A stretch of DNA of 61,520 nucleotides, counting the filler. It is 7 parts of 7 records of this genome, joined end to end, with 100 filler letters (N's around TTAATTAATTAA, not from the genome) between each part and the next. Parts side by side here need not be neighbours in the genome. Positions count along the whole stretch, not along the records: positions 31,984 to 47,654 come from SRR2962707_5313; positions 47,755 to 54,410 come from SRR2962707_5318; positions 54,511 to 61,520 come from SRR2962707_5322; 4 more parts are not named here. One strand, written 5' to 3'. This document shows positions 45,401-57,500 of the stretch, piece by piece. The position numbers and the translations under genes were made by a program. The notes beneath the pieces were generated by a model. That model ran no database searches. It had not been told where the DNA came from and worked only from the letters and a program-made list of their open reading frames with translations. How positions within the stretch are numbered: the first letter of the stretch is position 1; each line of letters starts with the position of its first letter.

Positions 45401-47654
45401 CTTGGAAAGTACTTTCACGTGAGTGCCGCTTCGATTGAAGCTTGCGTCGGCTACAGCACAGACTGGCACAATGATAACGGCTACCAGATTCTTTTGTACC
45501 GTGACGATGCGTTGGCATGGCAAGGGTCAGTTATTTTGTGGGACGGCGCTAACGGGGGAAGCTCTGGAGACGCACACGGCCGCAAAAGCAGCGGAGCTGC
45601 AGTTGGTGATTGGAAAATCGGGGATGAAATTATTCTTGTTGATTTCCCATCCGGAGATGAAATAAAGGCAATTGACTGCCAAGGTACTTGCAACGAAGTT
45701 TCTTACGATGAATGTGGTGTTTGCGGTGGCAACGGTAACACTTGCGTGCAGACTGCTTGTCCGTCTGACGAGTACGACTGCGCTGGAACGTGTGATGGCT
45801 CCGAAATCTTCGATGCCTGTGGCATCTGCTCAGGAAACTCCATCAATTGTCCCGCGCCTTTTTGTTTAGGCGGAACAGTCGATTGCGAGGGCGTCTGTGA
45901 CGGAGGCAAAGACTACGATTCATGCGAAGTGTGTGGAGGCTACGGTGCAACATGTGCCGAAGACTTCTGCGCAAATGGTGTCGTGGATTGCAAAGGCGAA
46001 TGTGATGGAACTGTGGAAGTGGATGAGTGCAGTGTGTGTGGAGGGGACTCCTCTCAATGTCTCGATTGTGATTCGTTTGATTGCTTTGGAGAATGCGACG
46101 GAACTGCGGTAATCGATGAGTGTGGTGTGTGCAACGGGTACGGCAGCAGCTGCACTCAGGACTTTTGCGTCAATGGTTCTGTTGACTGTGCTGGCGAGTG
46201 CGATGGCTCACACACAGAAGATCTTTGTGGCACTTGCGATGGTAGTGCTACCAAGGTTGCTCATTGTCTATGCACTGTCGGAAAGATTGATTGTGCAGGC
46301 GAGTGCCAAGGGTCTGCTGTGGAAGACTCGTGCGGTATCTGTGGTGGCAATGGAGCCACTTGCGCTGTGGCATTTTGCGCCGGCAAAAAGGTTGACTGTG
46401 CTGGCGTGTGCAGTGGAACAAGCGTTTTCGATGCCTGTGATGTATGTGCTGGCGATGGGAGCACATGCTGCGACGATGCCGACCTTGATTGTGCTGGCGA
46501 GTGTTTGGGTGGGCTTGAGTATGATGGATGTGGAGTCTGTGGGGGCGACTCAGAGACGTGCAACGGGGCATACTGCTCCAACGGGAAGGTAGACTGTGCT
46601 GGAGCATGTGACGGCTCGGCAGTCAAAGACCAATGCGGTGTTTGTAAAGGCGACAGCACGTCGTGCCTCTGCAATGAAGTTGACTGTGAGGGTACTTGCA
46701 ACGGCGAGGCAGTTCTTGACTCGTGTGATGTATGTGATGGAAATGGAGCAAGCTGCGTCGACGGCGAGTTCTGCCCGGAAGGCACCATCGATTGCGAGGG
46801 TACATGTGATGGGTCTGCTGACTATGACGAGTGCAATATCTGCGGCGGATCCGGTGACGTCACGACGTGCACGGGGTGCAAAAACACAGACGCTTGCAAC
46901 TACTACCCTGGAGCATTTATCGTGCATGAAGTGTGCGTCTACAAGGAGGATGGCTATAAGTGTAATGGTCAATGCGTAAAGTACGACTGCAACGGACTAT
47001 GCGGGGGCTCGGCGGTTCTCGACACCTGTGACGTGTGTGGAGGCAATGGACTGTCTTGCTCGCCAAAAAAGGTCAATCCATGCCCAGCTGGCTTTGACTG
47101 CGAGGGTACATGTGGAGGCTCATTAGAAAACGATTCCTGCGACGTGTGTGGGGGAAACGGCGCCTCGTGCGTAGAAGGACCTTTCTGCGAAGATGGCACA
47201 ATTGATTGTGCAGGATTTTGTGACGGAAGCGCCCTTAAAGACGCTTGTGGGGTGTGCGGTGGCGATGGTTCAACATGTTGCCTAAACGATGTTGATTGCG
47301 CTGGAAAATGTGGCGGAAAAGCGTATGTTGACTCCTGCAATGTGTGTGGCGGGTATGGGTCATCATGCCAGGCTAGCGAAGATTGTGCAGGAAAGAAGGG
47401 CGGGTCAAAGATTTTCGATTCTTGTGATGTGTGCGGTGGCAACGGCGCATCATGTGCCGAGGAAGAGTTTTGTGCTGATGGAACAGTGGACTGTGCCGGA
47501 AAGTGCGATGGTAGCAGCAGCGTTGATGCTTGCAGTGTGTGCGGCGGGGACAGTTCCACATGCTGCTTGAACGATGTTGACTGTAAAGGAAAATGTGGCG
47601 GCAGTGCAGCGGTTGACTCTTGCAATGTGTGCGGCGGCAACGGAGCCACCTGTG
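33444..47654 (+). CDS. Giant secreted Cys-rich repeat protein with 6 C-type lectin, somatomedin-B-like and LamG-like domains (3' truncated)
   Basis: Signal peptide [19 protein letters not shown]. One frame-preserving GT-AG intron at 33761-33858, then a 13.8-kb open exon. Dozens of DCxGxCxG...DxCxVCGG and GCxDxxACN(Y/F) repeats. CTLDs with WLG, EPN and WND motifs. Confidence 0.9.
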
Positions 47655-47754
47655 NNNNNNNNNNNNNNNNNNNNNNNNNNNNNNNNNNNNNNNNNNNNTT
47701 AATTAATTAANNNNNNNNNNNNNNNNNNNNNNNNNNNNNNNNNNNNNNNNNNNN
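47655..47754. other. Artificial contig spacer
   Basis: N-run + TTAATTAATTAA + N-run. Confidence 0.99.
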
Positions 47755-47784
47755 TCGTTCTTTCGTTCTTTCGTTCTTTCGTTC
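47755..47784. repeat. (TCGTTCTT)n simple repeat at contig start
   Basis: Tandem 8-nt units seen directly. Confidence 0.85.
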
Positions 47785-47925
47785 CTTCTTTCTTCTCGAA
47801 GTCGGCGTTTTCTGTTGAACCGCAGGCCGGGAGAATGGGCAGCGAGGGCGTTGTGGCCGCCTGCCTTTGAGAGAACTGCACACACTGCGTAGCACTTCAC
47901 AGCCCTGCAGGACCTTCCTCTCGCC

Positions 47926-50900
47926 ATGCCTTCGTCAAACGCACGCGGAAGGCGAGAGTCGAAGCGACCAGGTGGAGACATCTTGAACCACTCTGGCAGT
48001 GACGCAGAGGCATCCTCACGTTGCACCAAAAAAGAACTCTTCCGATACTTGCCGTTGATATTCATTGTCCTGGTGATCTCCAACGTGTACCTCGTGTACC
48101 ACCGCGGTCTGTTGGCCAGTGTTGACCCGCACAGACGCGGGCCTCCAGGTCGGCGCACACTCGACCAGCAGATTCAAGAACTGCTGGCGGACGATCCCGC
48201 GCAGGCGGTTGACTCTCCCAACGTTCACCCGTACCACAAGGCCGCCATTCATGATCATATGTCGGCGGACCACCTTGCAGAAAAGCAAAGGCAAGACGCC
48301 AACAGTGAGGCATCGCCTCCGAAAAGGCGACCGATCTTGGCGCCAAATCCCATTCATGACCCCGTGGCAGAGCGCGTTGCAGGTGGCAATGATGCCGCCA
48401 GCGACGAAGACAACAAGATTGATTTCCGGGCTCGTGGCGATGGAGAGCTCAAGAAGGACAGGGCTGTTGGTGCTTTCAGTGTTCATGGTGCACCATACTG
48501 TTTGGACACACTCCAACATCGTGAAGGGCAGAAGCCGGGCACCTACGCTTGTCATGGCCAAGGCGGATCACAAAATTGGGCTCACCAGATTGACGGAACC
48601 ATCAGCAACCCAGCTTCGGGCCTATGCCTTGGTACAAAGGGTACTGACACGGCCTTGAACACACTTGTGCTCCTGTCATGTACGGACCCAAACACGGCCG
48701 TGCGAATGCACTGGCAGAGGGTGGTGGTACCTTCCGATCATAACTCCGCGCAATTCCGACTGATTGGCTCAGGAGAGGTCGCCGTTACTCAACAAGGCGG
48801 TCTTTGTTTGACAAAAGATGGTGCAGAAGTTGTGCTCAGCCTTTGTGACTTCACAGCTGGAACCATTTCTCACGAAAGGCAGCGGTGGCAAATTGACACT
48901 GCCGAAAGCTATGCCCAGCGCAAACGCGACGCTCAAAAACACATGCAGAGGTTTGACTTCAACGAAGAGGCAAGCCGAGAAATCGGAATCCGTCGAGAGC
49001 GGCCGGACTTGCGCCATGCCAACTGCAAAAACCGCGACTTTGGTACGCGTCTTGGCTTAAAGCTCAAGCCAACAGCTGTAATTTTCTGCTTCGTCAATGA
49101 AGAATGGTGCGTGCCCGCTTGTGCTGCGCAACAGTGGGCAGGCTGCAACCGTCAGCTGGCGATCTGCTTGCCTCAAAATTCTCACCACGCGACAGCTGTC
49201 AAACTGTGCTTGCCATTTCTGTCCTCTGCCCAGTCTGACGCGCTGCTGTGCTGACCCATCTAGGTATGCCCTCCTTCGTAGTGTGCACAGTGTCATTGAT
49301 GGTTCACCGCCAGAGCTTTTGCAGGAAATCATCCTTGTCGATGATGGCAGTGATGCAGAGTGGCTACAACAGCCGTTGGAAGACTATATTCGTGACCATC
49401 TCCCACCATTCGTGCGTCTCGTACGGCATGGAGCACGGCTTGGACTTATCCGTGCTCGATTGACGGGAGCTCGCGAGGCGAAAGCACCGATTTTGACTTT
49501 TCTTGACTCACACATTGAAGTCAACGAAGGCTGGTTGCCTCCTTTGCTGGAACGTGTGACGGCCGACCCTAAAGTTGCTGCTTGTCCCATCATCACGGTC
49601 ATCGGGCAGGAGTTTTTGGAGCATCAAACGTCCATTGATCATGTAAACACAGCCTATGGTGTTTTTGATTGGGCCCTAACGTTTCGTTGGGCATACTCTC
49701 GCACGAACCCTCCAGTCGGCGCAAGAAGAACGGACTTGGCGGATCCCATCAAGTCACCGACGATGGCGGGGGGTCTATTCACAATCGATCGGCAGTGGTT
49801 CTGGGACAGCGGTAGCTATGACGATCAGATGGAAGGCTGGGGTGGAGAAAACATTGAAATGTCCTTCCGCTTGTGGCAGTGCGGTGGGAGCATTGAAATT
49901 GTTCCCTGCTCGGTGGTCGGACATATTTTTCGCAAGAAGAATCCGTCCCCGTTTAAGAAGAACGTCATTTTTATTCTCCGCCACAACCTAAAGCGCCTGG
50001 CAGCGGTGTGGATGGATGAGTACGCCGAATTGTTTTACTCAATGAACCCCGGGGCGCGAAACGAGCCCACGGGCAACATATCTAGCAGACTTGCCGTCCG
50101 CGAGACCTGCAAATCGTTTAAGTGGTACCTGGACAACGTCTATCCTTCACTGTCGGCGCCACTTCCTGGAACGGTGCGAGGTAAGGGTGCTTTCCGCACC
50201 GCCGATGGTGCGCACTGCCTTGACTTCCAGAGTGGCAGCCCGAACGCAGGAGGGGCTTTGATCGCACCCGCGTGTTCCAGCAACCGCCAGCAGCAACAGG
50301 TCCAGCACCTGGAAACGTATGTCTATCAAAACCGCTTGCTGAGCTTGAGTTGGAAAACCTGGTTTGTTCTTGATTGGATAGTCTTTCTTCTCCTTTGTAT
50401 AATTTTTGCACACAACTGTGCTCCAAACCAATTTGAACAGGTATCAAATCACAGGCACCGCCTGGCCTGCGTCAGTCCTTTGTATTGAAACACGTGGCGA
50501 AGGCGTGCGTCCGCTTTGGGCACCGTGTGACCGGGATTCCGAAAAACAACGTTGGGAACTGGACGAGCAAAATTCTGAATCTGGCTCACTTGTGCGCTTG
50601 CAATCAGATCGCAATCAATGCCTTGGCCTGAAATCTAAGTCTCAAGTGTGGGTCCTGCAGTGCAACGACCCGGCCGTGCAGAAATGGCTATTCGACGACA
50701 ACAGTTGGGGAGGGCGTCGCAATGCCCCGAGTGGATCGCGACCAGCTAATGAGCGCATTCGTATCCAGTCCGCAGAGGATCGGGTGAAGAAAGACGAGGC
50801 TCTTGTGGTGGTTCCCAAAAGTGTCCGGGCAGTGGGGACAGCGTATGTCGCTTTGTCGCGAGAGAGTCTCGCATGCGCAGAAGGGGCTCATGTGGATTGG

Positions 50901-52938
50901 CCGTTAGGCTCAGAGGGCTCTGAAGTCGCTGCATCTCTGCAAGAATGTGCAGAGGCATGTGAGAGCGCAAAAAATTGCGACAGCTTCTCGCGGTCTGTGG
51001 ACATCGGCGATTGCTGGCTGAAGAACTCCGGTGGGCGACTCTGTGGTGTCGCCAAGCCTGGACTACCAAAATCTGCTGGAGCCGCCGCAGTGTCCATTGT
51101 GTCAGAGAGCAACGCTGCTCTTTTCAGTCCGAAGGGGTGCAGGCCCAAGCCGGGATATGTTTCATACACGCGAACGCTATGTCGAAGCTCAGCAGGGCGG
51201 GTGCTGAATCTCGCGCAGAGGGTTGAGCAAAAGGAAGCTGGCGTTGTCACTTTACCATACACTGGATCACGATTTCATGGCGCGCTGGGTCTTGATAAGG
51301 AAACCGGTGAGCCTCTGTGGGTTCCAAAGTGAGTGTTTGACATTTGTAGCCTTGTTTTTTTCTGCACAATTTCGTCTCTTGCTGCTTCCTTGACCTGGTT
51401 TCCAAATTGCGCGTAGACCGGTACCATCACACGCAGAGCAGCGCACGCTTAACTCACAGCACGGGTTTAACGCCTCGCTGAGCCAGAGCTTGCCTCTTGA
51501 CCGAGACGTTCGCAGTAAAGCCGGGGCACAATGCGCTGCCATCGACTACGGTGATCTGTCAAAGCTACCAGACACCAGCGTTGTGTTTGTGTTTTGCAAT
51601 GAAGAGCAAAGTGTCCTGCTTCGGTCCGTGCACTCAGTGCTTAACCGTTCACCCCCGCAGCTGCTAAAAGAAATCATCCTGGTTGATGATGGCAGTGACG
51701 CTCCTCATTTGGGGGCGCCATTACAAGAGTACGTGGACGCACTTGGTCCCAAGGTGCGTCTCATTCGGCAAGGTAGCCGCACAGGTCTGGTCCAAGCCCG
51801 CCTTGCCGGCATGCGTGCCGCGACTGCCGAGACTGTAACGGTTCTCGACAGCCACATTGAGGTTCAAGAGCGCTGGCTTGAACCGTTGATGTCACGGATG
51901 CGCGGCGACGAGACACGAGTGGTGATCCCAATTATTGATGGAATGAATGCTAAAACTTTTCACGACGACGCGGGAGGCATTCAGCTGTGTGGATTCCTTT
52001 GGAGCATGGTAGAGCATGGCATCCCACTGCAGCGCAAGGACGCTGCTGCCAACCATAATCGGTGCTGTGATCCACAGCCCAGCCCAGTTATGGCTGGGGG
52101 GTTGTTTTCCATCAATCGGCACTGGTTCCTGGACACCCTTGGGGGTTACGATACTGGGATATCGTTTTGGGGGACAGAAAATCTCGAGATGAGTTTCCGT
52201 GTTTGGATGTGTGGCGGGACGCTTGAGATGATGCCGTGCTCTCGCGTGTACCATATTTTCCGCACGATGGGCGGCAAGCCATACCACGTCCCGGGCAACA
52301 CAGGCACTGTGAACAAACTGCGTACCATCCACGGGTGGCTCGGACCAAAGTATGCCAAATACGCACTTTCCCAGCTTGGCACACATGCATTGGATGCAGA
52401 CTATGGCGACATGACAGAAGTGCGGGCTGTTCAGGATCGACTTCAGTGCAAAGATTTTGACTGGTTCATGCACAATGTCTACCCCGATAACGTGCTGATT
52501 CGAGACCTCGAGCACGCGCCCTTTCACGGTCAAATTCGGTTGTCATCGAATGGCCTCAACTCCGACGGTGATCGTTGCCTATCCGTCGCCTCCCGTTCGA
52601 AGTTCATGCTAGCTCCATGCGCATCAAAAGACACGGCCATCTACGCATCACAAGAATTTTTCCTGGCTGCAAGCGGACAACTTCGGCTGGCTTCGAAACT
52701 TGACTCATGTCTTGAATACAGTTCTGCACGAGGTACCATCTCAATGCCAGAATGTGGATCTGCTGGAACGTCTCGCCGTGCAAACACCAATCAGTTGTGG
52801 CAGTTTTCGCTGGCCGATGGCGTTTTAAAACATAGAGGAAGCAATCTCTGTGTGTCTGGCTCACAAAATGCTTTGATGGAAGCGTGCGACAGCCCGGGAG
52901 TAGTGAACTCAAATTTTCAGTGGGACGCAATTGAATGA
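47926..52938 (+). CDS. Polypeptide N-acetylgalactosaminyltransferase (GT27) with two catalytic domains, 4 exons, predicted 1547 aa
   Basis: Type II TM anchor. Exons 47926-49106, 49264-50316, 50441-51328 and 51417-52938 join in frame via GT-AG introns. Two sets of EIILVDDGS / DSHIE / MAGGLF / WGxENxE / HIFR plus ricin domains. Confidence 0.85.
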
Positions 52939-53121
52939 GAATTTGCACCAACTACTACACATTAAATCAGGAGCTTTTCATTCAGGCAGCAAAATATCTT
53001 GACGAAGCCAAGCTCCCGACCAGCACTGTTTTCGAGTTGTAAAGTTTAAAAAAAAACAGAAATCACCTTCGCACATCGGCAGCCGGTGTGGTCGATGCGT
53101 TCCTGTGTCGCCGCGTTCCTT

Positions 53122-54306
53122 TCACCCAACTTTCTTTGTGATCGCAGCAATGCGTTCATCAACAGCTGAAATGTTTCCAAGGACTGTCTCAATATTCTCA
53201 GAAATGCTTTTTTGCACGTTCGACAACGCCTTTTCGTCTGCTTGCAGCATCTTTTGCAAACCGTCCTGCATGGTCTCTAAACTGAACAGGCGCTGAGAGA
53301 AAAGAGCACTCTCTTCGTGCAGTGTCTTGAGGGTTTGCATACGCCCAATCAGCGTGGGGATTGTATCAGCGACGGGAGCCCACTGTTGCACGGTGGAGAA
53401 CAGCTTGTCTACACGCTCACGAAGAATGTCCTCTCCCAATTCCACGCGCCCACCCTTTATACCGGCGGCTTGGGCAGTAAAGTTCTCAAACTCTTTGTTC
53501 AGCAACTCCATCTTTTGCTGCAATCGAGCCAGTGTTTTGGGATCGAGCAAACGAACGCGGTCTTCAAGCTTCGTAATCACAGCCGAGAGCGGGGCCGGCT
53601 GGCCTGCTGCTCCAAGGGTGTCGAGCGATTTTAAGCCCACAACCTGCTCCAGCTCGTACAGTCGATTCTCCAGTGCATTGAGCGAGCTGTGAGCAGCTTC
53701 TTTCTGAAGAGCTTTGTTGAAGAATAGTTCATATGTGATGCCGCCAGCACCGGCCTCTTTGCCTGTCTTGCCCGAAGAACCACCGCCACCAGCTTCGCCG
53801 TCACCGGCTTGCAGCTCCTTGATCTTCTGCAATAGTTGCTGAGAAGCAATAGTCGACTGGCCGTCAAACGTCGGCGCCAAAAAGGATTGAAACGCTTGTG
53901 TTTTGCCGAGCTGTTCAAGCTGCGTTTGCAGCACTCGCGCCCCAGCCGAGAGCTCCGTAGCCTCCTGCGCCTTGATCACAGTGAAAATATCCTTGGACTG
54001 GGTGTCCTGGCTTGCAAGCCCTTCCAGCTCCGTGCGCAAGTCTGCCAGCTCGGCCTGCAAGCGGTTGTACTTCGAAAGCGGATCCTCCGGAGCAGCTTCT
54101 TGCGGCCCCTGCCGCGCGTTGAGAGCATGAGTGCGATGGAAAAAGCGGCTTCGATCTTCGTCTTCATCAAGAGCATCCCGCTGAAACTTGAGGAAAGCCT
54201 CCCGCGCTGGGACCGTCGACGAGTCCAGGGTAGAGTTGTCCGTGTGCACTTCAGTGGGCTTCTTGGCGTTGAAGACCTGTCCGAGGGCTGCGGGTTCTTC
54301 GACATC
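53122..54306 (-). CDS. DCTN2: Dynactin subunit 2 (dynamitin, p50), last exon; 5' end missing
   Basis: KYNRLQAELADL, YEL, LENRLYELEQVVG, PTLIGRMQTLKTLH coiled-coil pattern; TTGCAG acceptor before 54306. Confidence 0.8.
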   Translation of the reverse strand, partial: DVEEPAALGQVFNAKKPTEVHTDNSTLDSSTVPAREAFLKFQRDALDEDEDRSRFFHRTHALNARQGPQEAAPEDPLSKYNRLQAELADLRTELEGLASQDTQSKDIFTVIKAQEATELSAGARVLQTQLEQLGKTQAFQSFLAPTFDGQSTIASQQLLQKIKELQAGDGEAGGGGSSGKTGKEAGAGGITYELFFNKALQKEAAHSSLNALENRLYELEQVVGLKSLDTLGAAGQPAPLSAVITKLEDRVRLLDPKTLARLQQKMELLNKEFENFTAQAAGIKGGRVELGEDILRERVDKLFSTVQQWAPVADTIPTLIGRMQTLKTLHEESALFSQRLFSLETMQDGLQKMLQADEKALSNVQKSISENIETVLGNISAVDERIAAITKKVG

Positions 54307-54385
54307 CTGCAACAGGCACAGCACAGACACGGCACACGGTGGTGAACATCGATAGATACACGCATACGCACACCCGACCGCATAG

Positions 54386-54410
54386 ACACACACACACACA
54401 CACACACACA
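54386..54410. repeat. (CA)n microsatellite at contig end
   Basis: Seen directly. Confidence 0.95.
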
Positions 54411-54510
54411 NNNNNNNNNNNNNNNNNNNNNNNNNNNNNNNNNNNNNNNNNNNNTTAATTAATTAANNNNNNNNNNNNNNNNNNNNNNNNNNNNNNNNNN
54501 NNNNNNNNNN
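54411..54510. other. Artificial contig spacer
   Basis: N-run + TTAATTAATTAA + N-run. Confidence 0.99.
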
Positions 54511-54540
54511 ACATACATACATACATACATTACATACATA
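54511..54540. repeat. (ACAT)n microsatellite at contig start
   Basis: Seen directly. Confidence 0.92.
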
Positions 54541-54583
54541 AATAAAGCACTTTTTCCAATCTGGAATTGGTTCAATCGGCACA

Positions 54584-57500
54584 ATGGACTTTCTGCAACG
54601 AAGAAGTCCACAGAGGTCCACTTCTTGCTTTGCGGTGGCCATCATGCTTGGTTTGGGTGTTGGCAGAGTTGAAGGCAAGTTCGCAGCAGAGAATGGGCTC
54701 ACACTCAAGGTGTATGACAACATGGCTCTCTTTGGGCAGCCGGTTTTGACTGAAGTCGTGGATGCAGCCTCGATCGTACTTCCTGGCTCGCAACACAACG
54801 GTGCATGGAGTGCAGAGTTGCTCGGGACTGTTGACTTCCCGGGTGGGTTTGTGGACGGGGGTCTGTACGAGTTCAACTGCAACTTCTTCAACACTACATT
54901 GGGCTTCGTTTGGGTCGATGGGCACCTCGTTTGCCAGGACGGCAACGCCTACACGAACAGTGACGATGAGATTGACAACCCACTACCCATTAACATGTTC
55001 CACGACTCCCTTCTGGGGCCAACAGACTCACTTCCCTTTCGTGTACACGTTTACTACAATGCCAACGCCAGTGTCGGTGTCGATCCGAATTCGGTTGCAA
55101 GCGCGGGGGTGTTCAATGACACTGGTCATCACTGTGGGTTTGAACAGCGTGGGCAAATGGAAAGTAATGACTGGTTTTCGGCAGCGCAAGTATGTGCAAA
55201 CAGTGGCTTTTCAGTTGCCGGTGCTGAAGCCAGCCATGGCGAGCAGGTATGGTGTGGCAACACCGTCTCACCGAACTGCTCATCCTTGGACAAATATCCT
55301 CATTTGAAACCCTGCCCCGGAAATGCATCCCAAACATGCGGTGACGCATGGGTTCTTGAAACTATCTCGTTTCGCACAAGAGATGAGCCAACGGCGCCAG
55401 CTTCATATGTTGGAGTTTCGGTTGCCTGGTCAACTCAGCATTCAGTATCCGCCGTGCCAATCCCCACCAGACAGCTTTCCCCGACCCTCCCTGTGCCCGA
55501 AGCCACGCGCGATTCTATGCAACGGTCTCTTGCATCCGGTTGGGGACCTTGGCTCCACAATAATATGCTGTCGATCGTAAAGCTCCCTGAGGCAGCATCC
55601 ATAACCACCGAATTGTGTCATATCCCCACTGGAAAATGCTTGACTGTCGCTCGGCCCGATGGATCAACCCAGGGGCAAGGAATGCCTGATGTGCGAGTTG
55701 GATTGCATGCATTCGACCGATCCTATGTGCAGTTTTTTTTCGGTTCGTCGACTTTCCCGAAAGTGAATGTGTCGGTCGAATATTCAGTGAGTGGCACAAA
55801 TTCCTCAGAGCTTGACCTGTTGGTGACGCCAATATCTTGTGGTGATCTTCCACCCAACAACGAGAGTTGCCATGATTTTGAAATTCGAACCGCTAGCAGC
55901 TACTTTTGGTTCAAGGCTGGCAAGGTATGACGAGTTCTGATGGACTGTGCAGATGGAAATGAACTAGTTATTGCCCTTTGTTAAGAATTTTGGCAATTGT
56001 TTCTTGCAGGTTACCACGAAAGCTGCTAGTCTTGAGTTTGCTTCACCAGGGTTTGGGTCAATCTCAATTTTCGGGTCGGCTAATACGACCTCCACTGCTT
56101 CTACTGGCAGTACCCCTGCTGCACTCCATCAGTCCCTGTCGGGTGGACCTGTCGCGCTGTCAACTGCCATGAGTCCAGTTCCAAGCGAGGTGAAAGGCAA
56201 GCTACTGGCGGCTGCAGAGGTAGAGACTGCTCTTTTGCGCGATACTTTTGGCGCAAACCGTATGAGAGAAGGACAGGCTGTTAAGGCAGCGGCAATGTGG
56301 ACTCTTGTGTCAACCCCTATTGAAAATGCAGGGGCCCCTTTGCACCCTGTTTCGCGTTCTTGGAATTTTGCTCACGTCAAAAGGGATGATTTTTCTTACG
56401 CCAAGTTTGACTGGGACAACTTGTTTGCGAGTTTGATCGCCGCATGTGGTGCGCAGCGGCCTCAATCTCATGCGCAACAAGCAGGCGCGAATCCAATTAC
56501 AGTCACAAGTTCTTCCCCTGTTCGTGGGTTTGGTTTTGCCATTAGCAATTTGATACAGATTATCAAATCGAAAGTTGCAGCTGGATTTGTGCCAAACTTT
56601 GCTGCTGGCGGTGCCAAAAGTCAAGATCGAAGTGAGCCTCCGGTTGGGGCAAAGGTTTGTCGAAATACACGTTGATATTGTTTGGACGATCAACAGGCAT
56701 ACTGGAATTCAATCATGCTCTGATTATTTCTGCGTGTAGGTCACTCAGCAGCTAGTTGAAAAGTTCGGAACCGACACTATGCAATGGGTCGTGGAAGTGG
56801 TATTTGACGATTTGGTGGACTGGTCGGACTGGTTTATCCGCAAACGTTTACACCCAACTTTAAATCTTGTCGCACTTGGCTCGTATAATGACCAAACTGC
56901 TCAAGCAGGCAACATGCAAGGTGCACGTTTCGAAAGTGGGCTGGACAACAGTCCAATGTATGACGAAGAGGTTCGCGAATGATATCATGACGCACGTTGC
57001 ATTGGTTGAAGTTTTGTCACATAACATCGTTCTGTGTTGATTGAACACTGCGCAGTTTTTCAATGCCACGAATGGGTGCTCTTCGACAGAGTCAGGGTGC
57101 GGGCTCATGGGACTATATGACGTAGGTTTCTCATCGATGTTTGTCCAAGAGTGCTATGCCCTGGTAAGTTGCCTGCCTCGGAAATAACGCGGTGAGAATT
57201 TGAATTTTGTCTTTCTTGGTTTCAAGCTCTGACAAGTTTGTCATGTGCAGGCAAATCTCTCTTTGTTGATTGGTCGACCAGCATCATTGACAAATGCTCT
57301 GCGTGAGCGTGGTGATGATATGGCAAAATTGATCCGTAATCATTTGTGGAGTGAATCAGACGGCATTTTTGTCAACAAATTTTCAGCAAATGGAACGTTT
57401 TACCCTCGGATTACGCCGACATCATTCTATGCCCTGCAAGCTCTGGCTGCGAATGATACCCAAGCCGACCTCATGGCAACAAGGTGGCTTATGAATGCTT

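Noticed and set aside
33845-47654. Periodic repeats that might suggest a CRISPR array or DGR
   Set aside because: Repeats are degenerate at codon third positions and lie in one open frame; there are no identical repeat-spacer units and no cas or RT gene
54307-54407. MCVCVCV N-terminus of the dynamitin ORF
   Set aside because: Translation of a (TG)n microsatellite within an intron; an acceptor site precedes 54306
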